A stretch of 16,324 nucleotides of DNA from positions 1 to 16,324 of the forward strand of contig JBGTJW010000684.1 in assembly GCA_041744955.1 (NCBI GenBank). Direction: 5' to 3'. The DNA is from Stenomitos sp. (GTDB lineage Bacteria > Cyanobacteriota > Cyanobacteriia > Leptolyngbyales > Leptolyngbyaceae). Shown in pieces: positions 7,496 through 14,913 of the stretch. The translations under genes and the position numbers were made by a program. How positions within the stretch are numbered: position 1 is the stretch's first letter; every line of letters starts with the position of its first letter. The notes under the pieces were generated by a model. It saw only the letters and a list, made by a program, of their open reading frames with translations. It did not search any database and had not been told where the DNA came from.

Positions 7496-8932
7496 CTAGC
7501 AGTCGTAGTACAGCGCAAACTCGTAGGGATGCGGACGGATGCTTACTGGAATCACTTCGCGATCGAGCTTGTAGCTAATCCAGTTTTCGATGAAGTCTTC
7601 CGTGAAAACACCACCAACCGTCAAGAACTCATGATCTGTTTCCAGGTTCTTCAGCGCATCCATCAGTGAACCGGGTGTTGAAGGCACCTTCGCCAACTCT
7701 TCAGGGGTGAGTTCGTAGATGTCCACATCCAGCGAATCGCCGGGGTCAATCTCGTTCTTGATGCCGTCAATACCCGCGCAGAGCATCGCCGCAAACGCCA
7801 GATAGGGGTTGCACGAGGCATCGGGGCAACGGAACTCCAACCGTTTTGCTTTGGGGCTGTCACCCGACAGTGGAATCCGAATGGAGGCAGAGCGATTGCC
7901 CTGAGAATATGCCAGGTTTACAGGTGCTTCAAAACCGGGCACCAGGCGCTTGTAGGAGTTGGTCGTTGGGTTGGTAAACGCCAGCAGCGAGGGCGCGTGC
8001 TTCAGCAGACCGCCGATGTAGTGCATGGCTGTCTTGCTCAGTTGAGCATACTCTTCGCCAAAGAAGGTGGGTTGCCCATTTTTCCAGATCGACTGGTGGC
8101 AGTGCATCCCGGTGCCGTTATCGCCAAAAATCGGCTTGGGCATGAAGGTCGCAGACTTGCCATGCTTCTTGGCAACGTTTTTGATGCAGTACTTATAAGT
8201 CAACAAGTAGTCAGCAGCTTTCACCAAAGACGCAAACCGGAAGCCCAATTCGCACTGTCCGCCTGTCGCAACTTCGTGGTGGTGCTTCTCGATCGGCACA
8301 CCGCAATGCTTCATTGCCAGCAGCATTTCAGTACGGATGTCTTGCAGCGTATCAGTCGGCGCAACGGGGAAGTAGCCTTCTTTATTCCGAGGCTTGTACC
8401 CTAGATTGCCGCCCTTGCCAGTGGTTGGATTATATTCTTCACGACCCGAGTTCCACACGCCTTCGTCGCTATCAACGTAGTAGTAGCCAGCGTTCTGCGT
8501 CTGGTCATACCGCACGTCATCAAATAGGAAAAACTCGGCTTCGGGTCCAAAAAAGGCAGTGTCACCGATACCTGTTGTTTGCAGATAGTCGATCGCTTTT
8601 TGGGCGATCGATCGAGGATCACGGCTATAGGGCTGTCCTGTGCGTGGCTCGATAATGCTACAGATCATGCTCAGAGTTGGTTCTGCCATGAAGGGGTCGA
8701 TCCAGGCAGTATCTGGATCAGGCACCATTGCCATGTCTGAGTCATTAATGGCTTTCCAACCCCGGATGCTAGAGCCATCAAAGGCAACACCCTCGCTAAA
8801 GCTGCTTTCATCGATCATGTCGTGGAACAGGGTCAAATGTTGCCACGTTCCTGGCGTGTCAATGAATTTCAGATCGATCATCTGAATCTTGTCACGTTTA
8901 ATCCATTCCAGGATTTCCTGCGGGGATGCCAT
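7496..8932 (-). CDS. glnA: Glutamine synthetase type I
   Basis: 478 aa with GSI signatures: [75 protein letters not shown]. Confidence 0.98.
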   Translation of the reverse strand: MASPQEILEWIKRDKIQMIDLKFIDTPGTWQHLTLFHDMIDESSFSEGVAFDGSSIRGWKAINDSDMAMVPDPDTAWIDPFMAEPTLSMICSIIEPRTGQPYSRDPRSIAQKAIDYLQTTGIGDTAFFGPEAEFFLFDDVRYDQTQNAGYYYVDSDEGVWNSGREEYNPTTGKGGNLGYKPRNKEGYFPVAPTDTLQDIRTEMLLAMKHCGVPIEKHHHEVATGGQCELGFRFASLVKAADYLLTYKYCIKNVAKKHGKSATFMPKPIFGDNGTGMHCHQSIWKNGQPTFFGEEYAQLSKTAMHYIGGLLKHAPSLLAFTNPTTNSYKRLVPGFEAPVNLAYSQGNRSASIRIPLSGDSPKAKRLEFRCPDASCNPYLAFAAMLCAGIDGIKNEIDPGDSLDVDIYELTPEELAKVPSTPGSLMDALKNLETDHEFLTVGGVFTEDFIENWISYKLDREVIPVSIRPHPYEFALYYDC

Positions 8933-9046
8933 GTATTACTCCTTATTGCGGTACTGTCTCTAAAGTGGGAGGAACGAAGAACGGTAGAAATCATTTGAGA
9001 GCAGCAGTGAAAGCGTTGCATCCTAAGGTTTGGCGCTGAAACGTCT

Positions 9047-9066
9047 GATCGGTCGACCGACCGATC
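9047..9066. repeat. Perfect 9-bp inverted repeat in the predicted glnA leader
   Basis: GATCGGTCG-AC-CGACCGATC. Confidence 0.75.
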
Positions 9067-9250
9067 TACAGCTTCAAACGCTCAGACACAGAACAATGAG
9101 CTTGAACCGAGACAGAAGCCTACAGTCTTAATCAGCTTTCAACCAAAGCCACAAACTTCTCCTGCGTTTCTAAAGCCAATGAAAGGATTGTCAGGAAGAG
9201 GCTGCCTTAGCAAACCCTCTCCGGGCTTAGAGCTTACTTGTATCTGAATC

Positions 9251-9292
9251 ATCCTAGAGATTGGCTTGAGTCACTTTTGTATCAACTGCTAC
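9251..9292 (-). promoter_or_regulatory. NtcA-activated glnA promoter: GTA-N8-TAC box plus -10 element
   Basis: On the - strand GTAGCAGTTGATAC (9292-9279), exactly 22 nt spacer (9278-9257), then TAGGAT (9256-9251), matching GTAN8TAC-N22-TAN3T, upstream of glnA. Confidence 0.8.
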
Positions 9293-9691
9293 AAAGTGTT
9301 GCCTTACCAGTCGAGACTTAAGTGCAGGTTAAGGGTGTAGCGTGCAGACGAACGTGCAGAGTGACTGCTCTAACGTAATTTTAAGAACCTGTAACACTTG
9401 ATGTTTACAATTGCAACATGGCACGATTCTGTTTCATGCAATGGTAAACTTGACCGTACGCTCAGACTCAAAGAACCGTCAGTTCTACGATTTGAGCCGT
9501 ATGTGACTAGAGATCATACGCCTAAAAATGAGCGTGAATGGATCAATCACTGTTGTTGTCCACGGGGCATAGCTTACTTTGAATCTGTTGATCGCGATGA
9601 GCCTTTGGGCTTGCCATTGAGCAAGATTTTTGTCGTCGAACGAGTCAACCATAACTAAGAACATATTAAGGATCGTTGGGAGAAGAGTTTC

Positions 9692-10201
9692 ATGCGTGAT
9701 GCAGTGACGAGTTTGATTAGAAATTACGATATTACAGGTCGTTACCTCGATCGCAATGCTATTGATAGCCTCAAAGCGTATTTTGATACGGGTATTGCCA
9801 GAGTGCAGGCATCGGCAGTCATCAATGCGAATGCAGCGGCGATCGTCAAACAGGCAGGTTTGCAATTGTTTGACGAACTGCCAGAGTTGATTCGTCCCGG
9901 TGGCAATGCTTACACCACTCGTCGCTATGCCGCTTGCCTGCGCGATTTAGACTACTACCTGCGCTACGCGACCTACGCCCTTGTTGCAGGCGATACGGAT
10001 GTGTTGGATGAGCGGGTGCTAGAAGGGCTACGCGAAACCTACAATTCGCTGGGTGTACCATCTGGACCCACCGTACGCGGCATCCAAATCTTGAAGGCGA
10101 TCGCGCAAGAAACCGTCGCTGAAGCTGGCATCACCAACGCGGCGTTTATCGATCAACCGTTTGATTACATGGCGCGTGAATTGAGCGAGAAGAATATTTA
10201 G
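9692..10201 (+). CDS. apcF: Allophycocyanin beta-18 subunit
   Basis: 169 aa: MRDAVTSLIRNYDITGRYLDRNAIDSLKAYF, NANAAAIVKQAG, RPGGNAYTTRRYAACLRDLDYYLRYATYALVAGD, ETYNSLGVPSGPTVRGIQ. Overall sequence resembles ApcF rather than ApcB. Confidence 0.9.
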   Translation: MRDAVTSLIRNYDITGRYLDRNAIDSLKAYFDTGIARVQASAVINANAAAIVKQAGLQLFDELPELIRPGGNAYTTRRYAACLRDLDYYLRYATYALVAGDTDVLDERVLEGLRETYNSLGVPSGPTVRGIQILKAIAQETVAEAGITNAAFIDQPFDYMARELSEKNI

Positions 10202-10234
10202 TTTGCCGAGAGTTCACATCCTAAACTCAGTTGT

Positions 10235-10275
10235 AAAGAGGTGAGGCGCGATCGTGTCTCACCTCTTTCTTTGTT
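10235..10275 (+). terminator. Intrinsic terminator-like hairpin between apcF and the methyltransferase gene
   Basis: Perfect 11-bp inverted repeat AAAGAGGTGAG (10235-10245) / CTCACCTCTTT (10258-10268) followed by CTTTGTTT; lies between convergent genes. Confidence 0.8.
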
Positions 10276-10316
10276 TCGTTCTGTAGCAAATAACTCTTCA
10301 GCCAAAACACTGTTGA

Positions 10317-11372
10317 TTAAATAACAGTATCAAGAAAAGTTAGCTGAGTTGGTGGTTTCACTCGACGTAAATGACTACAGCGACCAGTATTTTGATACTC
10401 TTGAATATCAACTAAAATCTTAGATGCTAATGCTCTACTAAAATTAACAGGAACAGCGTTTCCCACCATCTTATAGCCAGTGGAAATATTATCGTACTTA
10501 AGAATAAAGTCATCTGGAAACGTTTGTATCCTTGCACATTCTCGAACTGAAAGCCTGCGGTATGGCTTAGGAGAGCTTGGATCAAAAATTCGCTTATCTT
10601 GTTCAACAAAAATCATTTTATTGGCTTGAGGGTGAATCGGTGCATGCCGTCCGCCTGCCTGAATAGTAAACGAGGGTTCATCCCAACTTCTAACGCGATT
10701 TCTAGACATATAAATGCTAGAAAAACCCATATCTAAATACTCATGGTTAGCAACTAAAGCCGAATAATTTATTGCCTGCCGACTGGCAACAGGTTCTATA
10801 AGGCTTAAGTCATAAACAGTATCCCTCAAAGTTGGAATTTTGTGATTTTCTTGTGGGAAGCTAAAGGTGCCACCCATATCTTCTCTATAACCCACGATAA
10901 TAACTCTTTGTCTATCCTGAGGTACATTAAAATACTTAGCATTCAGTAGTTTATAAGCTACTTCATAACCTGCATCTTTAAACATATATAGAATATTAGA
11001 AAAAGCATAAGTATGCCTCTCTGAAAGAATACCGCTTACATTTTCAGCTACAAAAAATAGAGGTTTTTTTGCTTGTACAATTCTGATGTATTCATAGAAA
11101 AGTTGCCCTCTAGAATCATTAATGCCTCGCCCAGCGCCTGCCTCGCTCCAGCTTTGGCAGGGCGGTCCGCCGATAATGCCAATGCAATTAGGTATTTCTG
11201 ATGATGGAATGTCTTGTATCGCTCTTCTATCTAGTGTCGTTTCGGTATGATTAAGCTCATAAGTTTCCCAAATTGATTTATCGTTTTCATTTGCCCAATC
11301 GACCTGAAAACCTGCTAGAGAAAAGCCTAAATCTAGACCACCACAACCAGAAAATAAAGATACAACATTCAT
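10317..11372 (-). CDS. Type II DNA (cytosine-5) methyltransferase, M.HaeIII/M.NgoPII-like (predicted GGCC)
   Basis: All key C5 motifs: FSGCGGLDLGF, IGGPPCQSWSEAGAGRG, VAENVSG, NVPQDRQRVIIVG, YRRLSVRECARIQTFPDDF, GYKMVGNAVP. The target-recognition-side segment FSSIYMSRNRVRSWDEPSFTIQAGGRHAPIHPQA resembles M.HaeIII. Confidence 0.95.
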   Translation of the reverse strand: MNVVSLFSGCGGLDLGFSLAGFQVDWANENDKSIWETYELNHTETTLDRRAIQDIPSSEIPNCIGIIGGPPCQSWSEAGAGRGINDSRGQLFYEYIRIVQAKKPLFFVAENVSGILSERHTYAFSNILYMFKDAGYEVAYKLLNAKYFNVPQDRQRVIIVGYREDMGGTFSFPQENHKIPTLRDTVYDLSLIEPVASRQAINYSALVANHEYLDMGFSSIYMSRNRVRSWDEPSFTIQAGGRHAPIHPQANKMIFVEQDKRIFDPSSPKPYRRLSVRECARIQTFPDDFILKYDNISTGYKMVGNAVPVNFSRALASKILVDIQEYQNTGRCSHLRRVKPPTQLTFLDTVI

Positions 11373-11389
11373 AACGTGAGAAAACTAAC

Positions 11390-12238
11390 CTATCTTCTAT
11401 AGCTAATCATTTTTGCGGGAAGAATTTCAACCGGATTATTAGGCGATTTAATTGTGATGCTCTGAATATTAAAGCCTGGTAAAGTTATATTCTCGATCGC
11501 TTTCCTACTTTCTTCTGCAAAGGAAGCATATTTGCTCTCTTTCATTAAAGCAATAATTTGAAAATTTGCATTAGGAGTGTACCCAGAGTCTACATAACTA
11601 AAAGCTCTAGCAGGATTTTCAATGCCCCACATCCCTCTGATTCTTAAATAGGTTATGCCTAAAGGATCTACCTTATTCACTCTACCTAGCTCTTTCGTTA
11701 CGGTGAACTCGACTCCTTGAATTTCAGCAATTCCATTGATTAAGCCATTTCTAGTCTTCTCATAAATTTCTTTGTCTGCGGCATAGCAGTCACCGTAAAT
11801 TAGCCACAGAAGCTTTAACTTTTTTTGATTGATGATGCCGATCGCATAAATAATATCTTTTTCCGTCCAAGCCTCACAATTTCGGCAGGCGCTAATGAGC
11901 ATTGGATTATCAGAAAATAGCTTTGCTTTTGGGTAAGAGCTATTGAGCGCAATTTGAGAGCCGTACGATTCAATTTTCTTTACTTCTACTGCGTCGCCGC
12001 TTTTGATCATTAGATCGGGCGGGTTATTTTGGTTGCCAGCGTATGAAAAGACTTCGGAATACTTCAAAAGTCTCTCATTTTCATCACCTGCGTTCACGGT
12101 GCCTGCAAAAGCATCTTTAATGAAAACTTCAAGGGCATCACCTACACCATTAATTCTATTTTTCCCTTTATAGTGGCTAACTAAATCTGAAATTGGATTG
12201 TGAACAATATTTTGTATAGCTTCTAGGAGATTGCTCAT
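11390..12238 (-). CDS. Type II restriction endonuclease, NgoPII-like
   Basis: 282 aa; IQNIVHNPISDLVSHYKGKNRINGVGDALEVFIKDAFAG N-terminal block and a PD-(D/E)xK-like PPDLMIKSGDAVEVKK; ends 17 nt upstream of the methyltransferase start on the same strand. Confidence 0.85.
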   Translation of the reverse strand: MSNLLEAIQNIVHNPISDLVSHYKGKNRINGVGDALEVFIKDAFAGTVNAGDENERLLKYSEVFSYAGNQNNPPDLMIKSGDAVEVKKIESYGSQIALNSSYPKAKLFSDNPMLISACRNCEAWTEKDIIYAIGIINQKKLKLLWLIYGDCYAADKEIYEKTRNGLINGIAEIQGVEFTVTKELGRVNKVDPLGITYLRIRGMWGIENPARAFSYVDSGYTPNANFQIIALMKESKYASFAEESRKAIENITLPGFNIQSITIKSPNNPVEILPAKMISYRR

Positions 12239-12287
12239 AGTAGATGTTGCCGTTTCTTTGTAGGGTAGAGTATAGCAAAAGGATTAA

Positions 12288-12428
12288 GTAGGAGCCGTTT
12301 TCCTGGAGTTCCGTTATTATCCCGCTTCGATTGAGCAAGAGTGGCAGCCAACCCGGGAAGAGCAGGGTGTAAATCTGAAACCAGATGAAGTGAAACGCGC
12401 TGTTGATGTTTCCTTATTCGTCGGATAG
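12288..12428 (+). pseudogene. Possible C-terminal gene remnant at the right edge of the RM island
   Basis: Open frame without start codon: VGAVFLEFRYYPASIEQEWQPTREEQGVNLKPDEVKRAVDVSLFVG*. Short, so it could be chance. Confidence 0.3.
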
Positions 12429-12542
12429 CCTGCACATGAAGCACGTACGCAATAACGGATGTTACTGGCACGGGTGCAGCGGAAGTTTGAGGCTGACCAG
12501 AACCGCTAAAATAGGGTGAGAGTCCCAAGCCGTAAAGTTTCT

Positions 12543-14459
12543 ATGACCGTGCGATCGTCCGTTGACTTTTTGGATGCCTTTGATGTGGTGGTGGTCGGAG
12601 CCGGACACGCTGGCTGTGAGGCAGCATTGGCAACGGCGCGGCTGGGCTGCCGCACACTCTTGCTCACCTTAACGTTAGACAAAATCGCGTGGCAGCCGTG
12701 CAATCCTGCGGTGGGTGGTCCGGCGAAGTCTCAACTGGTGCATGAAGTGGATGCGCTGGGCGGCGAAATCGGCAAAATGGCAGACCGCACCTACCTGCAA
12801 AAGCGTGTGCTGAATGCGTCACGCGGTCCGGCGGTATGGGCGCTACGGGCGCAGACGGACAAGCGCGAATATGCGGCTGTCATGAAAACGATCGTGGAAA
12901 ACCAGTTAAACCTGACGATCCGCGAAGGCATGGCAACGGATCTGGTTCTGGGCGAAAACAATGAAATCATTGGTGTGCAAACCTACTTTGGCGTAGCGTT
13001 TCAGTGCAAAGCCGTCGTGTTGACCACAGGCACCTTTTTAGGCGGAAAAATTTGGGTCGGCAATACGTCGATGGCAGCCGGACGCGCGGGAGAATTTGCG
13101 GCTGTTGGGATGACTGAAACGCTCAATCGGCTGGGCTTTGAAACGGGACGGCTGAAAACGGGGACACCTGCCAGGGTCGATCGGCGCTCCGTCGATTTCA
13201 CAAACCTGGAACCTCAACCCGGTGATGCAGACGTGCGCTGGTGTAGCTTCGACCCTAAAGCATGGGTGGTACGGGAGCAAGTGCCCTGTTACCTGACACG
13301 TACGACTGCCGAAACTCATCGCATCATTCGCGAAAACCTCCATCTATCACCTGTTTATGGTGGTTGGGTAGATGCCAAAGGTCCACGCTATTGCCCCAGC
13401 ATTGAAGACAAAATCGTCCGCTTTGCTGATAAGGAAAGCCATCAGATTTTCATTGAGCCAGAAGGACGCGATACACCAGAGCTTTATATTCAGGGCTTTT
13501 CAACGGGCTTGCCAGAAGCGATTCAGTTGCAAATGCTGCGATCGCTCCCCGGATTGGAACACTGCGCCATGCTGCGTCCTGCCTATGCCGTTGAATATGA
13601 CTATCTGCCTGCAACGCAGTGCTACCCCACCCTGATGACCAAAGCGGTTGAAGGGTTATTCTGCGCTGGGCAAATCAATGGCACGACGGGCTATGAAGAA
13701 GCGGCGGCACAGGGACTTGTAGCAGGCATTAATGCGGCTCGGTTGGTGCAAAAGCAGGAGATGATTATTTTCCCGCGTGAGCAAAGCTATATTGGCACCT
13801 TGATTGACGACCTTTGCACAAAAGACTTGCGCGAACCCTACCGAGTGCTGACTTCACGATCGGAGTATCGCCTCCTGCTGCGATCGGACAATGCGGATCA
13901 ACGCCTCACGCCACTGGGTCGAGAAATTGGGCTGATTGACGATCGTCGTTGGCATTTATTCACCCATAAACAAGAACGGATCGTTGCTGAAAAAGAGCGG
14001 CTGCATGAAACTCGTGTGAAAGAACATGATGAACTGGGTCAAAGAATTGCAGCGCACACGCAGCAGGCAATTAAAGGTTCGCTGACTTTAGCCGATTTGC
14101 TGCGGAAGCCAGGGTTTCACTACGCCAATTTAGAACAGTTTGGGTTGGGCAATGCAGAGTGCGATCGCGCCGAAAAAGAAGGGGCTGAAATTGACATTAA
14201 ATATGCCGGGTATATTCAACGGCAACAGCACCAAATTGACGCGATCGTCCGTCAAGAACATCGCAAACTACCACCCGATTTAGACTACAGTGCGATCGCC
14301 ACACTCTCTAAAGAATCCCGCGAAAAGCTGGCGAAAGTGCAGCCTCTCACAATTGGACAGGCAACTCGCATTGGGGGTGTCAATCCTGCTGATGTGAATG
14401 CGTTACTTGTATACCTCGAAATCCAGGCACGTCAGCAAGCGGAAGCGGGAGTTTTATGA
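12543..14459 (+). CDS. mnmG: tRNA uridine-5-carboxymethylaminomethyl(34) synthesis enzyme MnmG (GidA)
   Basis: [115 protein letters not shown] 12543 preferred over the track start 12516. Confidence 0.97.
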   Translation: MTVRSSVDFLDAFDVVVVGAGHAGCEAALATARLGCRTLLLTLTLDKIAWQPCNPAVGGPAKSQLVHEVDALGGEIGKMADRTYLQKRVLNASRGPAVWALRAQTDKREYAAVMKTIVENQLNLTIREGMATDLVLGENNEIIGVQTYFGVAFQCKAVVLTTGTFLGGKIWVGNTSMAAGRAGEFAAVGMTETLNRLGFETGRLKTGTPARVDRRSVDFTNLEPQPGDADVRWCSFDPKAWVVREQVPCYLTRTTAETHRIIRENLHLSPVYGGWVDAKGPRYCPSIEDKIVRFADKESHQIFIEPEGRDTPELYIQGFSTGLPEAIQLQMLRSLPGLEHCAMLRPAYAVEYDYLPATQCYPTLMTKAVEGLFCAGQINGTTGYEEAAAQGLVAGINAARLVQKQEMIIFPREQSYIGTLIDDLCTKDLREPYRVLTSRSEYRLLLRSDNADQRLTPLGREIGLIDDRRWHLFTHKQERIVAEKERLHETRVKEHDELGQRIAAHTQQAIKGSLTLADLLRKPGFHYANLEQFGLGNAECDRAEKEGAEIDIKYAGYIQRQQHQIDAIVRQEHRKLPPDLDYSAIATLSKESREKLAKVQPLTIGQATRIGGVNPADVNALLVYLEIQARQQAEAGVL

Positions 14460-14532
14460 CGGCGTTTACTGTCATGATGTAGGTCGTTTCATCAAGAATG
14501 TGCTGTAGATATTCATGAGCCGACGGAGACAT
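14460..14532 (-). pseudogene. HepT-like (HEPN/DUF86) toxin N-terminal fragment
   Basis: ATG at 14532 gives [27 protein letters not shown], like HepT N-termini of the form HEYLxHILDExxYL. Homology stops next to the mnmG stop codon; the ATG overlaps the MntA-like stop as expected for an mntA-hepT operon. Confidence 0.65.
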
Positions 14533-14913
14533 ACTCGACCTCATCTAAAATATGTGAACCAATATAAGGACTCAATGACTCGACAGTAATGAACGTCAGT
14601 TCGGGCTAAGAACGCTGATACGGTGCTGATCGGCTGAAACGTCGCAAACACGTTGGCGAAGACTTGACATCGACAACGGTGGCATAAGGGTTTCAGCTTA
14701 TCCCGAACTCAGGTTAATGAGGTCAACTGCTCTGCCAAAAAGATCTTCTAGAAAAAAGGATAGGGGTATAAAGTTATCAAATGTTTTCTGAGCTGGCTCA
14801 AAAGTAACCAAGATATCAACATCACTTTGAGGATGAATTGCGGTGTCACGGGCAAACGAGCCGAAGAAACATCGGTTGTCCTTACGATCCGAGTGAATGA
14901 GGGGCAGGGTTTT
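14513..14913 (-). pseudogene. MntA-like (MNT-domain) nucleotidyltransferase/antitoxin pseudogene, N-terminally truncated and interrupted by an insertion
   Basis: 14698-14871 reads CFFGSFARDTAIHPQSDVDILVTFEPAQKTFDNFIPLSFFLEDLFGRAVDLI... (MNT GS-x-AR / DVD motifs); 14513-14590 reads ITVESLSPYIGSHILDEVEYVSVGS*. Removing 14592-14715 plus one AATG copy joins the two in frame. No Met start in the open frame, which is capped by a stop at 14914-14916. Confidence 0.85.
14592..14715. mobile_element. 124-bp MITE-like non-autonomous element
   Basis: 19-bp terminal inverted repeats with 3 mismatches: AACGTCAGTTCGGGCTAAG (14592-14610) versus CTTATCCCGAACTCAGGTT (14697-14715, reverse complement AACCTGAGTTCGGGATAAG). 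Flanked by direct repeat AATG (14588-14591, 14716-14719). No ORF inside; interrupts the mntA-like gene. Confidence 0.78.

Noticed and set aside
7663-8885. Plus ORFs opposite glnA (7663..7863, 7997..8404, 8314..8655, 8640..8885)
   Set aside because: Antisense to a clear, full-length glnA; spurious.
9035-9045. 11-mer GCTGAAACGTC shared between the glnA leader (9035-9045) and the MITE interior (14633-14643)
   Set aside because: A single 11-mer match is near chance expectation for this window; no shared TIR in the glnA leader.
9398-9865. ORFs 9398..9658 (+) and 9485..9865 (-) between glnA and apcF
   Set aside because: No recognisable domain; the minus one runs into apcF antisense. The + one has some protein-like sequence near its end but not enough to call.
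12235-12528. Minus ORF 12235..12528 as a third gene of the RM operon (C protein)
   Set aside because: No helix-turn-helix or other controller-like features; composition looks non-coding.
14599-14708. Alternative MITE boundaries with GTTCGGG/CCCGAAC ends and a 3-bp TCA duplication
   Set aside because: Fits locally, but the 19-bp TIR plus AATG duplication restores a canonical MntA sequence (DLITVESLS) without the extra residues NLTFI, so the larger boundaries are preferred.
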